Assembly (NCBI GenBank): GCA_964291405.2
Contig: OZ219926.1
Coordinates: 832,001 to 896,000 of the forward strand
DNA length: 64,000 nt
DNA from: Thermodesulfobacteriota bacterium
Lineage (GTDB): Bacteria; Desulfobacterota; Binatia; Bin18
Direction of reading: 5' to 3'
In this document: one piece after another, positions 46,117 through 56,144 of the stretch
Numbering within the stretch: the first letter of the stretch is position 1
Layout: each line of letters opens with the position of its first letter
Made by a program: the position numbers and the translations under genes
The notes under the pieces: generated by a model
Databases searched by the model: none
What the model saw: only the letters and a program-made list of their open reading frames with translations
What the model was told of the DNA's origin: nothing

Positions 46117-48282
46117 ATGGCCGATACCACTGCCCGCACTATTGTCCAACACGCAAAAGAGCAGCATCGTTTGGCGCTGACCGAAAGAGAGGCAAAGGTC
46201 TTAGTTCAATCGGCCGGCATCCCTACCGTACGAACGGAGCTGGCCCGAACCGCCGAGGAGGCTATTACACTCGCCCGAGATATGGGGTTCCCGGTTGCGC
46301 TCAAGATCAGCTCAGCCGACGTCGCCCATAAAAGCGATATCGGTGGCGTGCAACTCAACCTCGCCACCGAAGCCGCCGTCCACCGTGCGTTTAATGACAT
46401 CGTGACCTCTGTCCGCAAGACACAGCCTGCCGCGGCCATCGAAGGCGTCTCGGTTCAACCTATGGCCCAACCTGGGGTTGAGGTCATTATCGGCCTGACA
46501 TCCGATCCACAGTTCGGCCCGCTCATCATGTTTGGCCTGGGTGGGGTGCATGTCGAGGTGCTCAAAGATGTGGCGTTCCGGGTGGCGCCGCTCCGCCCGC
46601 AGGACGCCGCTCGCATGATCCGTGAAATCAGCGGATTTCCGTTGCTCACCGGTCATCGCGGTCAAACCGCAGTTGACCTGGCCGCTCTGGAGCAGACCCT
46701 CCTCTCTCTGTCGGCCTTAGCCGAGGCTCAGCCGGATATTCAGGAACTCGACCTCAACCCTGTTTTTGCTTACGAGGACGGCTGTCTCGCCGTTGATGCC
46801 CACGTCGTCCTCCACGCTGAGGGTCCCCGCGCCCTGCCCCGCCCGCTGTCGGACGAGACGCGGGCGGCCTTGGCGCGCACGTTTCATCCGCGTGCGGTTG
46901 CCGTGGTCGGCGATAAACGCGCCATGAATTACCTGTGGCTACGGAGCCAGGCGACCTTCGAGGGGAAAGTCTATTCCGTCCAGATTGACGAACGGGAGAT
47001 CCGGGGCATTACGGATTTGGGGATTCCCAATTACCCCAGCCTGGAGTCGATTCCGGACGAGATCGACTATGTCATCACCGCGGTTCCCCGTCAGGTCGCG
47101 CCGCATATTGTCGCGGAGTGTGCCGCAAAAAAGGTCGCTGGGGTGATGCTCTTCACCTCGGGCTTCTCCGAAGTCCACGACGAAGAGGGCCAACGCTTAG
47201 AACAGATAGTGACCAAAACCGCACGAGAGGCCGGACTCGCCCTGATCGGTCCGAACTGCATGGGCATCTACCATCCAAAAATCGGCCTCCGCAATTACCC
47301 CGACCTGCCGGCTGGGGAACCGGGCTCAATCGGGTTTATCGGCCAGAGTGGTACCCACACGATCACCTTTAGTATGGCGGCCGCCAGTCATGGACTGCGT
47401 GTGAGCAAGGCCGTCAGTTTTGGGAATGCGACAGTCCTTGATGCCAGTGACTACCTCGACTATCTCGCGCACGACGACGAAACGGAAATTATCGGTATGT
47501 ACCTTGAGGGAGTACGAGAAGGGCGCCGCTTCTTTACCCTACTCCGTGAGATCACGCCCCACAAACCAGTTGTTATTTGGAAGGGTGGCCAGACAGAGGC
47601 CGGCCAGCGGGCCACCTCGTCACACACCGGCTCACTCGCCGTCCCCGCTACCATATGGGCGTCCATGGCCCGTCAGGCCGGAGCCATATCCGTGAGCAGT
47701 TTTGATGAATTGCTTGATGTCATCAAGCTGTTGCGGTTTACCAAGCCAGCAACCGGAGACGGAGTGGGGCTGATTGCCATGACCGGAGGTCCTTCGGTCA
47801 GTCTCACCGATGCCTGTGCCGCTGCCGGTCTCCGCGTTCCCCCACTCAGCGATGCCTCTTACGAAGAACTGTCTTCGTTCTTTAACGTCATTGGCGGCAG
47901 CTTTCGCAACCCACTCGATTCCGGTCATACGATTGGGATGGGTCAGAGGACCGATACCCTGGAACGGCTACTCTCCATCCTTGACCGTGACCCGCATATT
48001 GATGCGATTGTCATGGATACGGGGGCCGGCTTGGTGGCCGGGCAGTGGGAAGCCCGTCCCCAAACTCTGACGACCCTGCTCGACACCCTGAGTCGCTTTG
48101 CCGCGCATTCAGCAAAGCCCTTTTTTGTTGTGCTCCAGCCCTTTGCCCATGAAGCGAGTCTGCTCCACGCCCGAGCCCAGTTTCATCAACGTGGTATCGC
48201 GACCGTAGCCACCCATGAGCGGGCTGCCGCAGCCCTCCGTCTTGTGACAGACTATCATCGCATCCACTCCGCTTCCGCGTGA
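46117..48282 (+). CDS. ADP-forming acyl-CoA synthetase (ACD), beta-alpha fusion
   Basis: N-terminal ATP-grasp (LKISSADVAHKSDIGGV, DPQFGP, ELDLNP), then CoA-binding/ligase domains (IGPNCMG, QSG, SSHTGSLA, NPLD). Confidence 0.88.
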   Translation: MADTTARTIVQHAKEQHRLALTEREAKVLVQSAGIPTVRTELARTAEEAITLARDMGFPVALKISSADVAHKSDIGGVQLNLATEAAVHRAFNDIVTSVRKTQPAAAIEGVSVQPMAQPGVEVIIGLTSDPQFGPLIMFGLGGVHVEVLKDVAFRVAPLRPQDAARMIREISGFPLLTGHRGQTAVDLAALEQTLLSLSALAEAQPDIQELDLNPVFAYEDGCLAVDAHVVLHAEGPRALPRPLSDETRAALARTFHPRAVAVVGDKRAMNYLWLRSQATFEGKVYSVQIDEREIRGITDLGIPNYPSLESIPDEIDYVITAVPRQVAPHIVAECAAKKVAGVMLFTSGFSEVHDEEGQRLEQIVTKTAREAGLALIGPNCMGIYHPKIGLRNYPDLPAGEPGSIGFIGQSGTHTITFSMAAASHGLRVSKAVSFGNATVLDASDYLDYLAHDDETEIIGMYLEGVREGRRFFTLLREITPHKPVVIWKGGQTEAGQRATSSHTGSLAVPATIWASMARQAGAISVSSFDELLDVIKLLRFTKPATGDGVGLIAMTGGPSVSLTDACAAAGLRVPPLSDASYEELSSFFNVIGGSFRNPLDSGHTIGMGQRTDTLERLLSILDRDPHIDAIVMDTGAGLVAGQWEARPQTLTTLLDTLSRFAAHSAKPFFVVLQPFAHEASLLHARAQFHQRGIATVATHERAAAALRLVTDYHRIHSASA

Positions 48283-48497
48283 TAGCGCGCTTCGCTCTCA
48301 TCACGAACCGATTGTTCCGGGTGAGATGACGGCTCCGATCAATACCTCCTCGCACGGATCACCATACAGGTGTGCTGCCTCACCTGTGTCTGTAATTGAC
48401 CTGCCCGAAATGATGCGATAGCAGTGTGGGGCTCGCGGTGCGGGTCCGTTCTTTACCTGCTACTCGCCCGCTTTGGACATGATGCAAGGAGGAGACG

Positions 48498-48851
48498 ATG
48501 ACATACATCATCACGAGACTATGCCGGGACTGCGTCGACACAGGCTGTGTGGCCGTTTGTCCGGTTGACTGCATTTATAAATATACTGGCGATGATACCG
48601 AAAAATACCCGAACCAACTCTATATTCATCCGGACGAATGTATTGACTGTGGGGCGTGTGAGCCCGAATGCCCCTGGCAGGCTATTTTTGAGGAAGTTGC
48701 TGTACCCGACGTGTTTGAATCCGACACTCCGCTCAACTACGCAATGGTTGATGACGAAGCAGATTTTGAGGTCGCCGGTCATGAGAAAATAGAACACCCC
48801 ACCTCGGATGAGATTGCCGAGAACAAGCAGAAGTGGGGGTGGGACGGCTGA
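48498..48851 (+). CDS. Dicluster (FdxA-like) ferredoxin
   Basis: [17 protein letters not shown]...[13 protein letters not shown]; RBS AAGGAGG. Confidence 0.92.
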   Translation: MTYIITRLCRDCVDTGCVAVCPVDCIYKYTGDDTEKYPNQLYIHPDECIDCGACEPECPWQAIFEEVAVPDVFESDTPLNYAMVDDEADFEVAGHEKIEHPTSDEIAENKQKWGWDG

Positions 48852-48881
48852 CGTCCGGGAACACAGTAGTGAAAGAAAACG

Positions 48882-48912
48882 AAAGAGGGCAGCCATGATG
48901 GCTGCCCTCTTT
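48882..48912. terminator. Bidirectional terminator-like hairpin between convergent genes
   Basis: AAAGAGGGCAGCCAT-G-ATGGCTGCCCTCTTT, a perfect inverted repeat. Confidence 0.82.
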
Positions 48913-48938
48913 ACGCATATCCTTTCCGCACAGTTCGG

Positions 48939-49550
48939 CTATGCACTCCGCTTTAATTCTTCTTCAACCAAGACCAGCCGGTCATTCCCGAAAAACATGG
49001 AGTCGCCGTTGACATAGATCGTCGGCGTCCCGAATCCGCCGCGTTCGATCACCGCGTCCGTATTCGCCCGAACCCGATCTTTATAGTCCTGACGTTTGAT
49101 CTTGTCGAAGTACTCTTCTTCATCAAGGCCGACTGCTGCGACGATCTTCCGCAGCACCTCATCCTGGCTGATGTCCTGATCCTCGCCCCAGTAGGTCTCA
49201 AACACCCGATAGCTATAGGGTAGAAACTTTCCAGGATGTTCGAGCGCGACGAGTGCGCCACGCAGTGCCTTGACCGAATTCACCGGAAAAACAGAGGGGG
49301 GCATGACAATTTTCAGGCCATAGTAGCGTGCCCAGTCGCTCATATCCTTTGCCATATACTGTTGCTTGGCGGGCACCCCCTTTTCCCGGAACTCATACAC
49401 CGAAGGATTGACCGTATTGAACACTCCGCCCACCAGAAACGGACGCCACTGAAGGTCGGCATTGTATTTGCGGCACAGCCCATCGATCTTGGTGAACGCC
49501 AGATAGGTCCATGGACTGGAGTAATCATAAAAAAATTCTACGGTGGCCAT
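48939..49550 (-). CDS. 2-hydroxychromene-2-carboxylate isomerase / GST-kappa (DsbA-like) family
   Basis: FFYDYSSPWTY, FPVNS, GFGTPT, FFGNDRL. Confidence 0.9.
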   Translation of the reverse strand: MATVEFFYDYSSPWTYLAFTKIDGLCRKYNADLQWRPFLVGGVFNTVNPSVYEFREKGVPAKQQYMAKDMSDWARYYGLKIVMPPSVFPVNSVKALRGALVALEHPGKFLPYSYRVFETYWGEDQDISQDEVLRKIVAAVGLDEEEYFDKIKRQDYKDRVRANTDAVIERGGFGTPTIYVNGDSMFFGNDRLVLVEEELKRSA

Positions 49551-49574
49551 AGCATCCTCCCTGAATCGTACCCG

Positions 49575-50324
49575 TTAAGACAGCAGAAACTCGACTAATA
49601 ATTCGTTAAACGCATCGGCGTAGAAGAGATGAATATTATGTCTTCCGTCTGGAAACACGTGTAAGCGCGACCCGGCGATCCCCTGCTGTAAGACATGTGC
49701 ATGAAAGGGCGGTACCAGGGGATCTTTGCCCCCATGTATCAGAAAGGTGGGGCAGGTAATCTGCGCGAGGCGATCCCGGCACAAATCGCCACCCGCTTTC
49801 AACAGCATCTGCTGGGCGTCACACCAATGAGCCCACAGATCTTGAAATTCATCTCCATACATCGCCTGCATCGGTGCTGCCGTGCGTGGAGACCAATCTG
49901 CCACGCGGCGCGTTTTCTCGTAGGCATCAATATCCTCCTGGGAAACGTAGGCATTGCCACCCCAGAGCGCCATCTTGGTCACCCGTTGCGGATAGGCCAA
50001 GGTCAGTAATAAACTCGTAATCGCGCCGTCGCTCCATCCACCAACGGCGTAGGTCGAGCAGCCGAGCGTCTCCATCAGGGCCACGAAATCCTTGGCGTCC
50101 TGCTGATAGAAATCGGGCGGAAACTCGCGGGCGGGCGGACGGGATTGGCCGTAGCCGCGCGGGTCGGGCGCAATCACCCGGATACCGCGCCGGGGGAGGG
50201 CCTCTAATTGTGGAGCGAAATCCGATTGTCCGGTTCCCAGCGCTCCGGGCAGTAAGAGGAAGGGCCGCCCATTCCCAATATCTTCATAATGGAGTCTGAC
50301 TCCGCGTATGTCTGCGTATGGCAT
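49575..50324 (-). CDS. Alpha/beta hydrolase (BPHL/valacyclovirase-like)
   Basis: LLPGALG, DPRGYGQSRPP, GWSDG nucleophile elbow, GGKDPLV, GRHNIHL. Confidence 0.88.
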   Translation of the reverse strand: MPYADIRGVRLHYEDIGNGRPFLLLPGALGTGQSDFAPQLEALPRRGIRVIAPDPRGYGQSRPPAREFPPDFYQQDAKDFVALMETLGCSTYAVGGWSDGAITSLLLTLAYPQRVTKMALWGGNAYVSQEDIDAYEKTRRVADWSPRTAAPMQAMYGDEFQDLWAHWCDAQQMLLKAGGDLCRDRLAQITCPTFLIHGGKDPLVPPFHAHVLQQGIAGSRLHVFPDGRHNIHLFYADAFNELLVEFLLS

Positions 50325-50474
50325 GCGTCCTCCGCACAGTAACGTTGCCCGCTGTGATACCACGCCCGTCAGCAAGAGAGAAGCCGGCTTGCCCTTGCAG
50401 CCGTCCCCTATCTCTGACACAACCAACCCAGCGATATTCTCCGCAAGGCCATTCTCCACAAATATAGAGGACAC

Positions 50475-51071
50475 ATGAAAACCATTGGACTTACCGGCGG
50501 GATCGGCTCAGGTAAAAGTACAGTCTCCAATATCCTGGCCACGCTTGGTGCCCATATTATTGACGCGGACATCGTCGGGCATGAAATCTATCTACCGGGC
50601 AAGGCCGCCTGGAAACAGGTCACCGAGGCCTTCGGACAGGAAATCGTCGCGGAAGACCAAACCATAGACCGCAAAAAACTGGGAGCTATTGTCTTCAGTA
50701 GTCCTGACGTGCTCGCCCGGCTCAATGCCATCGTCCACCCGATTATGTTCGAGGAAATCCGGCAGCGTATCCAGGCCAAGCGAGCCGAAGGCTTTACCGC
50801 GCCCATTGTGGTTGAGGCGGCGATCCTGATTGAGGCCAACTGGCTGCCCCTGGCAGACACGGTCTGGGTGGTAGAGACCGACAAAGACGCGGCCATTCGC
50901 CGGGTGGCCGAGCAACGCGGCATGTCCGCCGCGGACGCTGAAGCCCGGATTGCAAATCAGCTTTCAAACGCAGAGCGTCGCAAACACGCCCAGGTTGTCA
51001 TCCATAATAACGGCTCGCTCCAGGCCCTTGAGCAGCAAATCCAACAGGCGTGGGATCAGCTCGGAGAATGA
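50475..51071 (+). CDS. coaE: Dephospho-CoA kinase
   Basis: GLTGGIGSGKSTV, IDAD, IDRKKLG, LNAIVHP. Confidence 0.95.
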   Translation: MKTIGLTGGIGSGKSTVSNILATLGAHIIDADIVGHEIYLPGKAAWKQVTEAFGQEIVAEDQTIDRKKLGAIVFSSPDVLARLNAIVHPIMFEEIRQRIQAKRAEGFTAPIVVEAAILIEANWLPLADTVWVVETDKDAAIRRVAEQRGMSAADAEARIANQLSNAERRKHAQVVIHNNGSLQALEQQIQQAWDQLGE

Positions 51072-51730
51072 GCCGTATACACGCGACAGGTCTTATCTTC
51101 GATGTGGATGGAACGCTCGCCCAGTCGGTCGAGTTTTTCTATGAGATCGCCTTGGAGGTCCTTGCCCTGGCCGGTATTCCTCCAGTTCCGCGCGACCGGG
51201 TGTATGAGCTGATGCGTCGCGGAGTTGAGAATCCACTCGTCCAGCTCTTTCCCCCCGGCTATCCCAACCCAGCGGATCGTATCAAGCGTATCACCGACAG
51301 CCGTATGGACGAATGGCTGCGGCGCTATCATGAAGAGACGCAGGCGGTTCCGGGGAGTCTCGAACTTTTGCATCGCCTTCATCAACACGGCTTTCAACTC
51401 GGGATCGCCACCTCATCCGGTCGCGCCCTGCCCTTTCTTGATACCTGGGGTGTCCGTCACCTCTTTAACGGTATCGTCGGCCGGGAAGACGTCACCCATC
51501 GGAAACCCCATCCGGAACCCGTCCTGAAGTGTCTGGAACATCTACAGCTTGCCCCTCACCAGGCGGTGTATATTGGCGACTCTCCCATTGATATTCAGGC
51601 CGGTAAAGCAGCCGGTGTTGCCACCGTCGGGGTCCTCACCGGGACCAGTACCGACGCGGTCATGCGGCAGACGCAGGCGGATTATATCCTGCCGAGTATT
51701 GCTGAACTCCCCCGGCTGCTCACCATCTAG
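51068..51730 (+). CDS. HAD-superfamily hydrolase (phosphoglycolate phosphatase-like)
   Basis: FDVDGTL, IATSS, KPHPEP, YIGDSPIDI. Confidence 0.9.
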   Translation: MSRIHATGLIFDVDGTLAQSVEFFYEIALEVLALAGIPPVPRDRVYELMRRGVENPLVQLFPPGYPNPADRIKRITDSRMDEWLRRYHEETQAVPGSLELLHRLHQHGFQLGIATSSGRALPFLDTWGVRHLFNGIVGREDVTHRKPHPEPVLKCLEHLQLAPHQAVYIGDSPIDIQAGKAAGVATVGVLTGTSTDAVMRQTQADYILPSIAELPRLLTI

Positions 51731-51794
51731 GCGTCCAGTCGGCACTCTTCGGATACCCAGACCTGCGGCAACATCTTCGGACGGCCGGCGTTCA

Positions 51795-52598
51795 TCAGGC
51801 ATCCTCGTACTGCGGTTCGCGTTTCTCCAGAAAGGCCGCAATGCCCTCGCGCACATCGTTGGTCCGTGTGGTCAGAATCTGGTTCCGATCTTCCATCGCA
51901 ATGGCCGCCTCCAGCGTTGGCGCGTCAACCGAATAGCGCAGGCATTCTTTTGTCAGCCGCACCCCCAGGGGCGAGTTGCGCAGAACACGGCGGGCCATCG
52001 CTTCGGCGGCCTGGTCCAATTCGGCGTCCGGCACCAGGCGAGAGGCCAGCCCCGTTGCCAAGGCCCGTTGCGCATCAATAAAGTCCCCGGTCAGTAAGAG
52101 CTCGGAAGCGACCGAAGAGCCGACCAGCCGGGGTAGAAAATAACTCACGCCCACATCACAGGCAGACAGCCCTATGCGGATAAATGCCGCGTTCATACGC
52201 GCAGATTCCCCAACAACGCGCATATCGCTCGCCAGAGCCAAGGCAAAACCACCCCCGGCGGCCGGGCCGTGAACAGCAGCAATAAACGGTTGTGGGGCAC
52301 GGTGAATCTTAATCGCCAACTCGGCAATCCGGCGCTGGTCCCGCAGCCCCTGGGCCACGGAATAGGTGTCGGTTGCGGCGCTTGACTGTTTAAGATCAAG
52401 TCCAGCACAAAAGCCGCGGCCCGCGCCACGCAGGATGACCACCCGGACAGTCTGATCCTGGTGCAGTTCGTCGAGAGCGGTATGCAGCTCGTGGACCAGC
52501 AGACTATTCATGGCGTTCAGCGACGCCGGGCGATTCAAGACGAGCCATAAGAGGTCTGTATCCCGCCGCAGCTCCAGGGTTTCGTAGCGCTCATTCAT
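51795..52598 (-). CDS. Enoyl-CoA hydratase/isomerase family protein
   Basis: LNRPASLNA, FCAGLDL, GGGFALALASD, AFLEKREP. Confidence 0.9.
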   Translation of the reverse strand: MNERYETLELRRDTDLLWLVLNRPASLNAMNSLLVHELHTALDELHQDQTVRVVILRGAGRGFCAGLDLKQSSAATDTYSVAQGLRDQRRIAELAIKIHRAPQPFIAAVHGPAAGGGFALALASDMRVVGESARMNAAFIRIGLSACDVGVSYFLPRLVGSSVASELLLTGDFIDAQRALATGLASRLVPDAELDQAAEAMARRVLRNSPLGVRLTKECLRYSVDAPTLEAAIAMEDRNQILTTRTNDVREGIAAFLEKREPQYEDA

Positions 52599-52629
52599 GC
52601 TTCTCTCCAACCTCACCCAGCGTTAATAT

Positions 52630-52974
52630 TTAGAGACTTAAAATAATGCGTACCCGGCTTTCCAATTCCCGCATCGTAGCGCTCGGCAACACGCCGATCT
52701 CTTGCCGGAAAGAAGTGTTAGCCACTGCAATTAATTGACCCAAAAGGAAATCACTGTCCCGGTCAAGACCAGCTTGACTTTTCTCCATATGTAAGCGGAG
52801 GATGCCGGGCTCCTCAACCAAACGAGTTGTTGTTGGAATGACGATCGTCGAAGGATAACCGGCTTCGTTCACCAAGTTCGACTGCAAGACCACCGCAGGA
52901 CGCAGCTTACCCGGTTTGGTCCTGACCCGAGGATTAAAGTCAATAATATACACATGTCCGCGTTTGATCTCCAT
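52630..52974 (-). CDS. PemK/MazF family toxin
   Basis: MEIKRGHVYIIDFNP...PGKLRPAVVLQSN...STIVIPTTT. Confidence 0.88.
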   Translation of the reverse strand: MEIKRGHVYIIDFNPRVRTKPGKLRPAVVLQSNLVNEAGYPSTIVIPTTTRLVEEPGILRLHMEKSQAGLDRDSDFLLGQLIAVANTSFRQEIGVLPSATMRELESRVRIILSL

Positions 52975-52981
52975 CGGGCAG

Positions 52982-53224
52982 CTACTCCTCGGGAAGCGCA
53001 TGCGCCGTACTCGCAGGAAATAAGGCGTGATTTTCTTTCTGATCGGCGACCGCACAATGGCGAACAGATTCCCGAATTTCCGCCCGGAGCCGCTCTTTTT
53101 CCGTTTTTTCCTCTAAGGTTTGTAAGGCCACACGCAGAATACCGGCCTTACTGGGAATCCCTAACGCTTTCCGGAGTCGTTCAATCTGTTGTTCCGTCTC
53201 CTTTGATACGGCAATTGCTCCCAT
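52982..53224 (-). CDS. Putative ribbon-helix-helix antitoxin
   Basis: 80-aa ORF directly upstream of the toxin: GAIAVSKETEQQIERLRKALGIPSKAGILRVAL, then an amphipathic helix. Confidence 0.72.
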   Translation of the reverse strand: MGAIAVSKETEQQIERLRKALGIPSKAGILRVALQTLEEKTEKERLRAEIRESVRHCAVADQKENHALFPASTAHALPEE

Positions 53225-53235
53225 TATTCTCATCC

Positions 53236-53280
53236 TTATAAATTTTATAATTTATAGAATAATAAAATATACAATAAAGA
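53236..53280 (-). promoter_or_regulatory. AT-rich promoter/operator of the RHH-MazF pair
   Basis: Nearly pure A/T tract containing the perfect palindrome TTATAAA-T-TTTATAA (53236-53250). Confidence 0.55.
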
Positions 53281-53299
53281 ACAAGACTCTCCTGTCAGA

Positions 53300-54070
53300 T
53301 TAAATCAACGAGCGTGACTGACAGCCGTCAACAGTAATACACGCCCCGGAAACCCATTGGGCGCGTTCCGATGCCAGAAAAACGACGACGTCCGCCACTT
53401 CTTCCGGCTTTCCAAAACGCCCGACCGGCAGCTCGGCTTTGACAAAAGCGGCAATGCCTTCGGGATTTTCTTTTTGCCGTTGTTCCCACGCTCCCCCAGG
53501 AAAGAGAATCGACCCCGGCGCAACGCTGTTGACGCGAATCCCCTTGGGCGCAAGCGTACGGGCCATTTCCTTGGATAAACTAATCATGGCCGCCTTGGCG
53601 GCGTTATAGGTCATCGGTCCGCCCCACTCGCGGCCGTAGATCGAGGCAATATTAATCACACAGCCCGCCTTGCGTTCTTCCATAACCGGGACGACCAGCT
53701 GGCACAGGTCCAGCGCGGAAAAGAAATTGAGGGCAAAGCCGGCCTGCCAGTCTTGCCGGGAAGCATTGAGGTTGCCGCCCGGACGGGACCCGCCAACGTT
53801 GTTGATGAGAATATCGATCCCACCAAAATGTTGCTGCGTAGCTTCAACCCAGCGCCGGGCCTCAGCTTCCTGGGTCACGTCCAGCGCCGTAGCCAGCACT
53901 TCAACGCCCGCTCCCCGGGCTTCTTGAGCGGTTTCCTCAAGCTGTTCCCGACCCCGCGCGCACAGGCTCAAGCGACAACCTTCCGCGGCCAGTCCCAGTG
54001 CAATAGCGCGCCCAATGCCTCGACTCGCTCCGCTAATCATTGCAACGTTGTTTGAGAGTCCAAGATCCAT
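53300..54070 (-). CDS. Short-chain dehydrogenase/reductase
   Basis: SGASRGIG, NNVGG, YNAAK, VAPGSI, GRFGKPEEVA. Confidence 0.92.
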   Translation of the reverse strand: MDLGLSNNVAMISGASRGIGRAIALGLAAEGCRLSLCARGREQLEETAQEARGAGVEVLATALDVTQEAEARRWVEATQQHFGGIDILINNVGGSRPGGNLNASRQDWQAGFALNFFSALDLCQLVVPVMEERKAGCVINIASIYGREWGGPMTYNAAKAAMISLSKEMARTLAPKGIRVNSVAPGSILFPGGAWEQRQKENPEGIAAFVKAELPVGRFGKPEEVADVVVFLASERAQWVSGACITVDGCQSRSLI

Positions 54071-54207
54071 ACCGTCCTCCTTTATCTGCTCGATTCGGAC
54101 TAAACATATCTCATTTCCAAGAAAAAGGCCGCGCCCGCCTCTCTTGCCAGACGGCAGGGCGTCCGCTTAGATGAGGCCGCCATCGTATGCAGCCAAGGGG
54201 GCTCACC

Positions 54208-54930
54208 GTGCCAGAACATTTTCTTTTGGAAAAAGACGGGACCATTGCCACGCTCACCTTTAACCGGCCGGAAAAACGCAATCCACTCAATGAAGACATT
54301 GCCCTGGAACTGGAGCGCCTGCAATACCAGATACGCGACGACGCCGACATTCGCGTGGTTGTTTTTACCGGAACGGGCAATACATTTTCAGCCGGTGCAG
54401 ACCTCTCGCCCATCAGAGGCATCAGCGACCGCCAGGAACGGCGGAAAATTTTCGCTCCGCTCGGTAAGCGGTGGACGCGCGCCATTGCCCGCACGCTCGA
54501 TATGTTTGCCAACATGGAGCCGGTCGTGATTGCCGCAATCAACGGCTACGCGATTGGTGGCGGTTGGTCACTGGCGCTGGCGTGTGATTTTCGGATAGCG
54601 GTCGAGGAAGCAGAGTTCTGGTTTCCCGAAGTAGACCTCGGCGTGCCGCTGAGTCCACCCTCAACTGCCCTGCTGGTTGCCAATGTGGGGCCGAATCGAG
54701 CCAAGGACATCATCCTCAACTGCCGGCACCTGAAGGCGGACGAAGCCCTCCAACTCGGCTTGGTCAATCAGGTGGTCACACAAGCAGAACTCCTGCCGAC
54801 CGCGTACGCCCTGGCTCGCAGTCTGGCCGATAAAAACCCGACTGCTGTCATGGTCTCCAAGGCGACCGTGAACAGTCTGGCCCGCGGCAACACTGTCCTG
54901 CGTCCCGACCTGATGTTTACAAGAGAGTAA
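54208..54930 (+). CDS. Enoyl-CoA hydratase/isomerase family protein
   Basis: FNRPEKRN, FSAGADL, INGYAIGGG, FPEVDLG. Confidence 0.88.
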   Translation: MPEHFLLEKDGTIATLTFNRPEKRNPLNEDIALELERLQYQIRDDADIRVVVFTGTGNTFSAGADLSPIRGISDRQERRKIFAPLGKRWTRAIARTLDMFANMEPVVIAAINGYAIGGGWSLALACDFRIAVEEAEFWFPEVDLGVPLSPPSTALLVANVGPNRAKDIILNCRHLKADEALQLGLVNQVVTQAELLPTAYALARSLADKNPTAVMVSKATVNSLARGNTVLRPDLMFTRE

Positions 54931-54980
54931 AACACACCCGCGAGCGCTGATGTAGCGTGTATTGAGAGGGAGGAAACCCC

Positions 54981-56135
54981 ATGCCAGAAAAAGAACGCTG
55001 TCCCGAAATTCGGAATGAGATGCGCAAATTCTGTAGTCAGTATGGAGACGAATATTGGCGCGAGCTCGATAAGGAAAATCGCTATCCGGAGCAGTTTGTT
55101 GATGAACTGACCCAAGCCGGCTGGTTGGCGGCCTTAATCCCCGAACAATACGGTGGCTCGGGACTGACGGTGACCGAAGCCAGCGTGATTTTGGAAGAGA
55201 TCAACCGCTCGGGCGGCAATGCCGCCGCCTGTCATGCCCAGATGTACATCATGGGCGCCCTGCTCCGGCACGGCAGCGATGAACAGAAACAACGCTATTT
55301 ACCTCATATTGCAAGCGGCGAGATTCGCCTCCAGGCCTTTGGTGTCACCGAGCCGGACGCTGGCTCCGATACGACGCATATTCGCACCACAGCCAAAAGA
55401 GAGGGCGACTATTATATCGTCAACGGCGGTAAAATTTTTACCTCCCGGGTGCAGCACTCCGATATGCTCCTCCTCTTGGCCCGGACCACTCCGTACGACG
55501 AAAGCCCCAAAAGAACGCTCGGCATGAGTATCTTTCTGGTGGATTTGCGGGAGGCCGGAGACACTGTCGAGGTGCGCCCGATTGACGCCATGATTAACCA
55601 TGAAACCAACCAGCTCTTTTTCCACGAGCTCAAGGTCCCGGTCGAAAACCTGATTGGCGAAGAGGGCTCCGGCTTCTACTATATTCTCGACGGCATGAAC
55701 GCCGAGCGTATCCTGGTCGCCTCCGAGGCCATTGGTGACGCCCGCTGGTTTATCAAGCGCGCCGTCCAGTACGGCAATGAACGCGAGATTTTTGGGCGGC
55801 CCATCACCAAGAACCAGGGCATCCAGTTTCCACTGGCTCAAGCGTATGCCCAGACTGAGGCCGCGGACCTCATGCGCTTTCGCGCCTCCGATTTATTTGA
55901 CGCCGGTGAAGCCTGTGGCGCAGAGGCCAATATGGCCAAGCTTTTGTGCTCGCAAGCCTCCTGGGCCGCCGCCAACGCGGCTATCGATACTCACGGCGGG
56001 TATGGCTTTGCCGCAGAGTACGACGTGGAGCGCAAGTTCCGTGAGAGCCGCTTGTTCTCGATCGCACCGATCTCGAACAATATGGTGCTCAACTTTATTG
56101 CCGAGCACGTGCTGGGCATGCCGAGATCGTATTAG
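54981..56135 (+). CDS. Acyl-CoA dehydrogenase
   Basis: FGVTEPDAGSDT, NGGKIFTS, NAERILVA, REIFGRPI, HGGYGFAAEY. Confidence 0.93.
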   Translation: MPEKERCPEIRNEMRKFCSQYGDEYWRELDKENRYPEQFVDELTQAGWLAALIPEQYGGSGLTVTEASVILEEINRSGGNAAACHAQMYIMGALLRHGSDEQKQRYLPHIASGEIRLQAFGVTEPDAGSDTTHIRTTAKREGDYYIVNGGKIFTSRVQHSDMLLLLARTTPYDESPKRTLGMSIFLVDLREAGDTVEVRPIDAMINHETNQLFFHELKVPVENLIGEEGSGFYYILDGMNAERILVASEAIGDARWFIKRAVQYGNEREIFGRPITKNQGIQFPLAQAYAQTEAADLMRFRASDLFDAGEACGAEANMAKLLCSQASWAAANAAIDTHGGYGFAAEYDVERKFRESRLFSIAPISNNMVLNFIAEHVLGMPRSY

Positions 56136-56144
56136 GAGCCGGCC

